Below, one piece after another: positions 58,950-64,000 of a stretch of DNA of 64,000 bases; the first letter of the stretch is position 1; each line of letters opens with the position of its first letter. The translations under genes were made by a program, and so were the position numbers. The stretch lies in assembly GCF_036365525.1 (NCBI RefSeq), contig NC_090399.1, positions 32,148,430-32,212,429 on the forward strand, written 5' to 3'. The DNA is from Heterodontus francisci. Taxonomy: Eukaryota. The notes beneath the pieces were generated by a model that was not told the DNA's origin, did no database searches, and saw only the letters and a list, made by a program, of their open reading frames with translations.

Positions 58950-61570
58950 AAAATTCTTTCATGGGATGTGGGCATCGCTGGCTAGGCCACCATTTTTTGC
59001 CCATCCCTAATTGCCCTTGAGAAGGTGGTGGTGAGCTGCCTTCTTGAACCGCTGCAGTCCATGAGGTAGGTACACCCACAATGCTGTTAGGAAGGGAGTT
59101 CCAGGATTTTGACCCAGCGACAGTGAAGGAACGGCGATATAGTTCCAAGTCAGGATGTGTGTGACTTGGACGGAAACTTGCAGGTGGTGATGTTCCCACA
59201 CATCTGCTGCCCTTGTCCTTCCAGGTGGCAGAGTTCACGGGTTTGGAAGGTGCTGTCTAAGGAGCCTTGGTGAGTTGCTGCTGTGCATGTTGCAGATGGT
59301 ACACACTGCTGCCACTGTGCATTGGTGGTAAAGGGAGTGAATGTTTATGGATGGGGTGCCAATCAAGCAGACTGCTTTGTCCTGGATGGTGTCGAGCTTC
59401 TTGAGTGCTGTTGGAGCTGCACCCATCCAGTCAAGTGCAGAGTATTCCATCACACTCCTGACTTGTGCCTTGCAGATGGTGGACAGGCTTTGGGCAGTCA
59501 GGAGGTGAGTTACCCGCCGCAGAATTCCCAGCCTATGACCTGCTCTTGTAGCCACAGTACTTATATGACTGGTCCAGTTAAGTTTCTGGTCAATGATAAC
59601 CCCCAGGATGTTTTGGTGGATTCAGTGATAGTGATGTCATTGAAAGTCAAGGGGAGATGGTTAGATTCTCTCTTGTTGGAGATGGTTATTGCCTGGAACT
59701 TGTGTGGCGCGAATGTTACTTGCCACTTATCAGCCCAAGCCTGGATATTGTCCAGGTCTTGCTGCATGTGGTCAAGGACTGCTTCTGTATCTAAGGAGTT
59801 GTGAATGGTGCTGAACATTATGTAATCATCAGCGAACATCCCCACTTCTGACCTTAAGATGGAGGGAAGGTCACTGAAGCAGCTGAAGATGGTTGGGCCT
59901 AGGACACTACCCTGAGGAACTCCTGCAGTGATGTTCTGGGAGTGAAATAATAGACCTCCAACAACCACAACCATCTTCCTTTGTGCTGGGTATGACTCCA
60001 ACCAGCAGAGAGTTTTCCGCCCGATTCCCATTGATTCTAGTTTTGTTTGGGCTCCTTGATGCCATACTCGGTGCAATGCTGCCTTGAGGTCAAGGGCAGT
60101 CACTCTCACCTCATCTCGAGTTCAGCTCTTTTGTCCATGTTTGGACCAAGGCTGTAATGAGTTCAAGAGCTGAGCGGCTCTGGCAGAACCCAAACTGAGC
60201 GTCACTGAGCAGGTGAGTAAGTGCCTGTGTCACTGACACCTTCCATCACTTTGCTGATGAACATATGAATACACGAATTAGGAGCAGGAGTCAGCCACTC
60301 AGCCTCTCGAACCTGCTTCACCTTTCAACAAGATCATGGCTGATCTGATTGTAACCTTAACTCCACGTTCCCGCCTATCCCAAATAACCTTTCACCCCCT
60401 TGCTTATCAAGAATCTATCTACCTCTGTCTTAAAAATATTCAAAGATTCTGCTTCCACTGCCTTTAGAGGAAGAGAATTCCAAAGACTCACCAGCCTCTG
60501 AGAAAAAAAAATTCTCATCTTAACTTAAATGAGCGACCCCTAGTTCTAGATTCTCCCACAAGTGAAAACATCCTTTTCACATCCACCCTGTCCAGACCCC
60601 TCAGGATCTTATATGTTTCAATCAAGTCGCCTCTTACTCTTCTAAACTCCAGCGGACACAAGCCTAGCCTGCCCAATCTTTCCTCATAAGACAAACGTCC
60701 CATTCCAGGTATTAGTCTAGTAAACCTTCTCTGAAGTCGAGGGTCGACTGATGTGGCTGTAATTGTCCGGATTGGATTTGTCCTGCTATTTGTGGATAGG
60801 ACAGTCATGGGCAATTTCCCACATTGTCGGGTAGGTGCCGATGTTGTAACTGAACTGGAACAGCTTGGCTAGGGTGTGAGGCCAGCTTTGGAGCACGTAT
60901 CTTCATTACTATTGCCGGAATGTTGTCAGCGCCCATAACCTTTGCAGTATTCAATGCCATCAACCATTCCTTGATATCACGTGAATTGAATTGGCTGAAG
61001 ACTGACCTCTGTGATGCTGGGAACCTCAGGAGGAGGCCGAAATAGATTATCCACTCGGTACTTGTGGCTGAAGACGGTTGCAAATACTTCAGCCTTGTCT
61101 TTTGCACTGATGTGCTGGGCTCACCCATCATTGAAGATGGAGATATTTGTGGTGACTTCTCCTGTGAGTTGTTTAATTGTCCACCACCATTCAGAACTGG
61201 ATCTGGCAGGACTGCAGAGCTTAGATCTGCTCCATTGGTTGTGAGATCGCTAAGCTCTGCCTATCGCATGCTTCTTCTGCTGTTTGGCACGCAAGTAGTC
61301 CTGTGTTGTAGCTTCACCAGGTTGACACCTCATTTTGAGGTATGCCTTGTGCTGCTCCTGGCTTGCCCTCCTGCACTGTTCATTGAACCAGGGTTGGTCT
61401 CCTGGCTTGATGGTAATGGTAGAGTGGGGGATATGCCGGGCCATGAGGTTACAGATTGTGGTTGAGTACAATTCTGCTGCTGCTGCTGATGGCCCACAGC
61501 GCCTCATGGACGCCCAATTTTGTGTTACGAGATCTGTTTGAAAGCTATCCTATTTAGCACGGTGGTAGGA
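58950..61570 (-). mobile_element. Family B LINE with nested CR1 3' fragment (60260-60735)
   Basis: RVTALDLKAALHRVWHQG, GVPQGSVLGP, MFADD. The nested piece reads LQRRFTRLIPGMGRLSYEERL. Confidence 0.88.
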
Positions 61571-61579
61571 TCACAGGAT

Positions 61580-63130
61580 AATAGGAAATAGGAGCAGGAG
61601 TAGGCCATTCGGGCCGTCGAGCCTGCTCTGCCATTCAAACAGATCATGGCTGATCATTTACCTTGACACCATTTTCTCCACTATCCCCACAGCCCTTGAT
61701 GTAATTAGTATTCAGAAATCTATCTTTCTCTGTCTTGAACATGCTCAATGATTGAGCTTCCACAGCCCCGTGGGGTAGAGAATTCCATAGATTCACCACC
61801 CTCTGAGTAAAAAAGTTCCTCCTCGTCTCAGTCTTAAATGGCCTGGCCCTTATTCTGAGACTGTGCCCTTTAGTTCTAGACTCACCAACTAGGAGCAACA
61901 CCCTATCCACATCCAAGCTGTCATGCCCTGGAAGAATTTTGTAAGTTTCAATGAGATCACCTCTCATTCTTCAAAATGCCAGAGAATACAGGCCCAGTTT
62001 CCTCAATCTCTCCTCATAAAGCAATCCTGCCATCCCAGGGATTAGACTAGTGAACCTCCGTTGCATTCCCTCTATGGCAAGTATATCCTTCCTCAGATAA
62101 GGAGACCAAAACTGTACATAATACTCCAGAGCCTTGGTCTCACCAATGCTTTACACAAATGCAGCAAGACAGTTTTATCCCCATGCAATGAAGGACAGCA
62201 TACCTTTTGCCTTCCTAATTGTTGCTGCACCTGCATACTAGCTTTCAGTGACTTATGAACAAGGAAACCCAGGTCGCTTTGTACATCAACACTTCCCAAC
62301 CTCTCGCCATTTAAGAAATACTCTGCCTTTCTGTTTTTTCAGCCAAAGTAGTGCCACAGAACATGCTGGAGGGTATCCTCAATGTGAAGACAGGACTTTG
62401 ACTCCACAAGGACTGTGTGGTGGTCATTCCTACCAATACTGTCATGGACAGATGCATCTCCGCCAGGTAGATTAGTGAGAATGGGGTCAAGTATGTTTTT
62501 CCCTCTTGTTGGTTCCCTCACCACCTGCCGCAGACCCTGTCTAGCAGCAATGTCCTTTAGGGCTCGGTCAGTAGGGTGCTACTGAGCCACTCTTGATGAT
62601 GGACGTTGAAGTCCCCCACCCAGGGACAAGCCTAGACTGTGCAACCTGTCCTCATAATTTAACCCTTTAGCCCCAGGATCTGGTGAATCTGTGTTGCTCT
62701 CCCTCCAAGGCCAATCTATCCTTCCTGAGGTGCGGGGCCCAGAACTGAACACAGTTACTCCAGATGGAGTCTGACTAGAGCTTTATAGAAACTGGAACAT
62801 AACTTTCACCCCTTTGTATATCAGTGCTCTCAAGCTAAAGGCCAGCATTCCAACTGCTTTCCAAATCCTTATTGTCCTTGTCCACTGGTCTTTAATGATT
62901 TCTCCATTTGCTCTCCCCAGATCCAAGTTTCTCACTGGATGGAAAATATTCCAATTTATCTTTCTTCAGATCCAACGTAGATAATCTCATATTTCCCATG
63001 CTGAACTCCATCTGCCATAGATTTTCCCACTCATTTAACCCGTCAGTGTCTCTTTGTAACTTCCTGTCTCCTGTCTACACAATTTACTGAGCCACCCGAC
63101 TTAGTGTCGACAGCAAACTTCGAAATAAAA
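61580..63130 (-). mobile_element. Mosaic of decayed CR1 fragments (61580-62345, 62625-63130) and a family B piece (62345-62625)
   Basis: MRGDLIETYKIL...SRTKGHSLRI; VREPTRGKNILDPILTNLP; KFAVDTK. Confidence 0.8.
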
Positions 63131-63494
63131 TTCTCTGGGTTAAATTCAGGAGCTCCCCCACCTCACACAGTGTTAACAATCCACTGTCAAATGCTGAGCT
63201 CTGAGGAGCTCCAGAGACCTCTCCGGACTGGAGATGGTGCTGCAGGAGGAGGCCACACAGGTTACAACAACAATAATGTATATTTATATAGTGCCTTTAA
63301 TGTAATGAAAGATTTGTGCCCCAGGTTCCAGGTAATGATTTGCATTGTATTGTTGGGGGGACTGGAGGAGAAATGACTGGAATTCAGAGTCTCTGATCGG
63401 GGTTCAGTGAGGGATGGGGCGGGCGATCACAGGCTTTGGGAGGACAATCAGAAAGGAGATTGGTGGGGGTGGTCTGGAGCCCTTGTTCTCCATC

Positions 63495-64000
63495 GATGAG
63501 GTTGGTACTTTTGGGTTCATGCCCTGATGTGTCTCAGTGTGGAGTTGGTGTTTTTGGTTTCATGTCCTGATGTCTCTCTCTGTGTGTGGGGTTGGTGTTT
63601 TGGGGTTCATGCCCTGATGTCTCTCAGTGTGAGGTTGGTGTTTTGGGGTTCATGCCCTGATGTCTGTCTGTCTGTCTCCCTCTGTGTGGGGTTGGTGTTT
63701 TTGGTTTCATGCCCAGATGTCTCTCAGTGTGAGGTTGGTGTTTTGGGGTTCATGCCCTGATGTCTGTCTGTCTCTCTCCCTCTGTGTGGGGTTGGTGTTT
63801 TTGGTTTCATGCCCTGATGTCTCTCAGTGTGGGGTTGGTGTTTTTGGTTTCATGCCCTGGTGTCTCTCAGTGTGGGGTTGGTGTTTTGGGGCTCATGCCC
63901 TGATGTCTGTCTGTCTGTCTCTCTCCCTCTGTGTGGGGTTGGTGTTTTGGGGTTCATGCCCTGATGTCTCCCTCTGTGTGGGGTTGGTGTTTTGGGTTTC
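63495..64000. repeat. GT-rich minisatellite, about 43-61 bp variable unit, running off the window
   Basis: Core gtgtggggttggtgttttggggttcatgccctgatgtctctca with variable (tctg)n inserts. Confidence 0.93.

Noticed and set aside
63100-63495. Possible MHC alpha-1 exon
   Set aside because: No frame resembling an MHC alpha-1 domain was found; the exon, if present, lies beyond the window.

Overview
Repeat-dense vertebrate genomic DNA, most consistent with a cartilaginous fish (shark): HE1-type V-SINEs, abundant CR1/HER1-type LINEs, Penelope-like elements and a GPR139-like expansion gene. Host-gene content is sparse: the last three exons of a B30.2/PRY-SPRY TRIM gene (+, 1816-4437), two decayed tRNA genes, a two-exon GPR139-like pseudogene (-), an orphan RNF20/BRE1-like exon, a C2H2 zinc-finger pseudo-exon, and the start of a probable MHC class I gene. 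That last locus has an X-X2-Y promoter module plus CCAAT box at 56351-56421, a 39-bp minisatellite, and a leader exon at 57064-57112; its later exons lie outside the window. This gene mix resembles an extended-MHC-type region. Most of the rest is nested transposons. The most notable are: a pol-deleted LTR element with gag and a class I fusion (F-like, lokiretrovirus-type) env; a Gmr1-type SCAN-gag Gypsy; a solo LTR; a near-intact full-length CR1 that shares a frameshift with a second copy; a LINE with a tRNA-derived head; a Tx1 element next to tRNA remnants; and Penelope elements carrying minimal hammerhead ribozyme motifs. All family assignments come from motif recognition by eye, not database searches, and most repeat boundaries are approximate.
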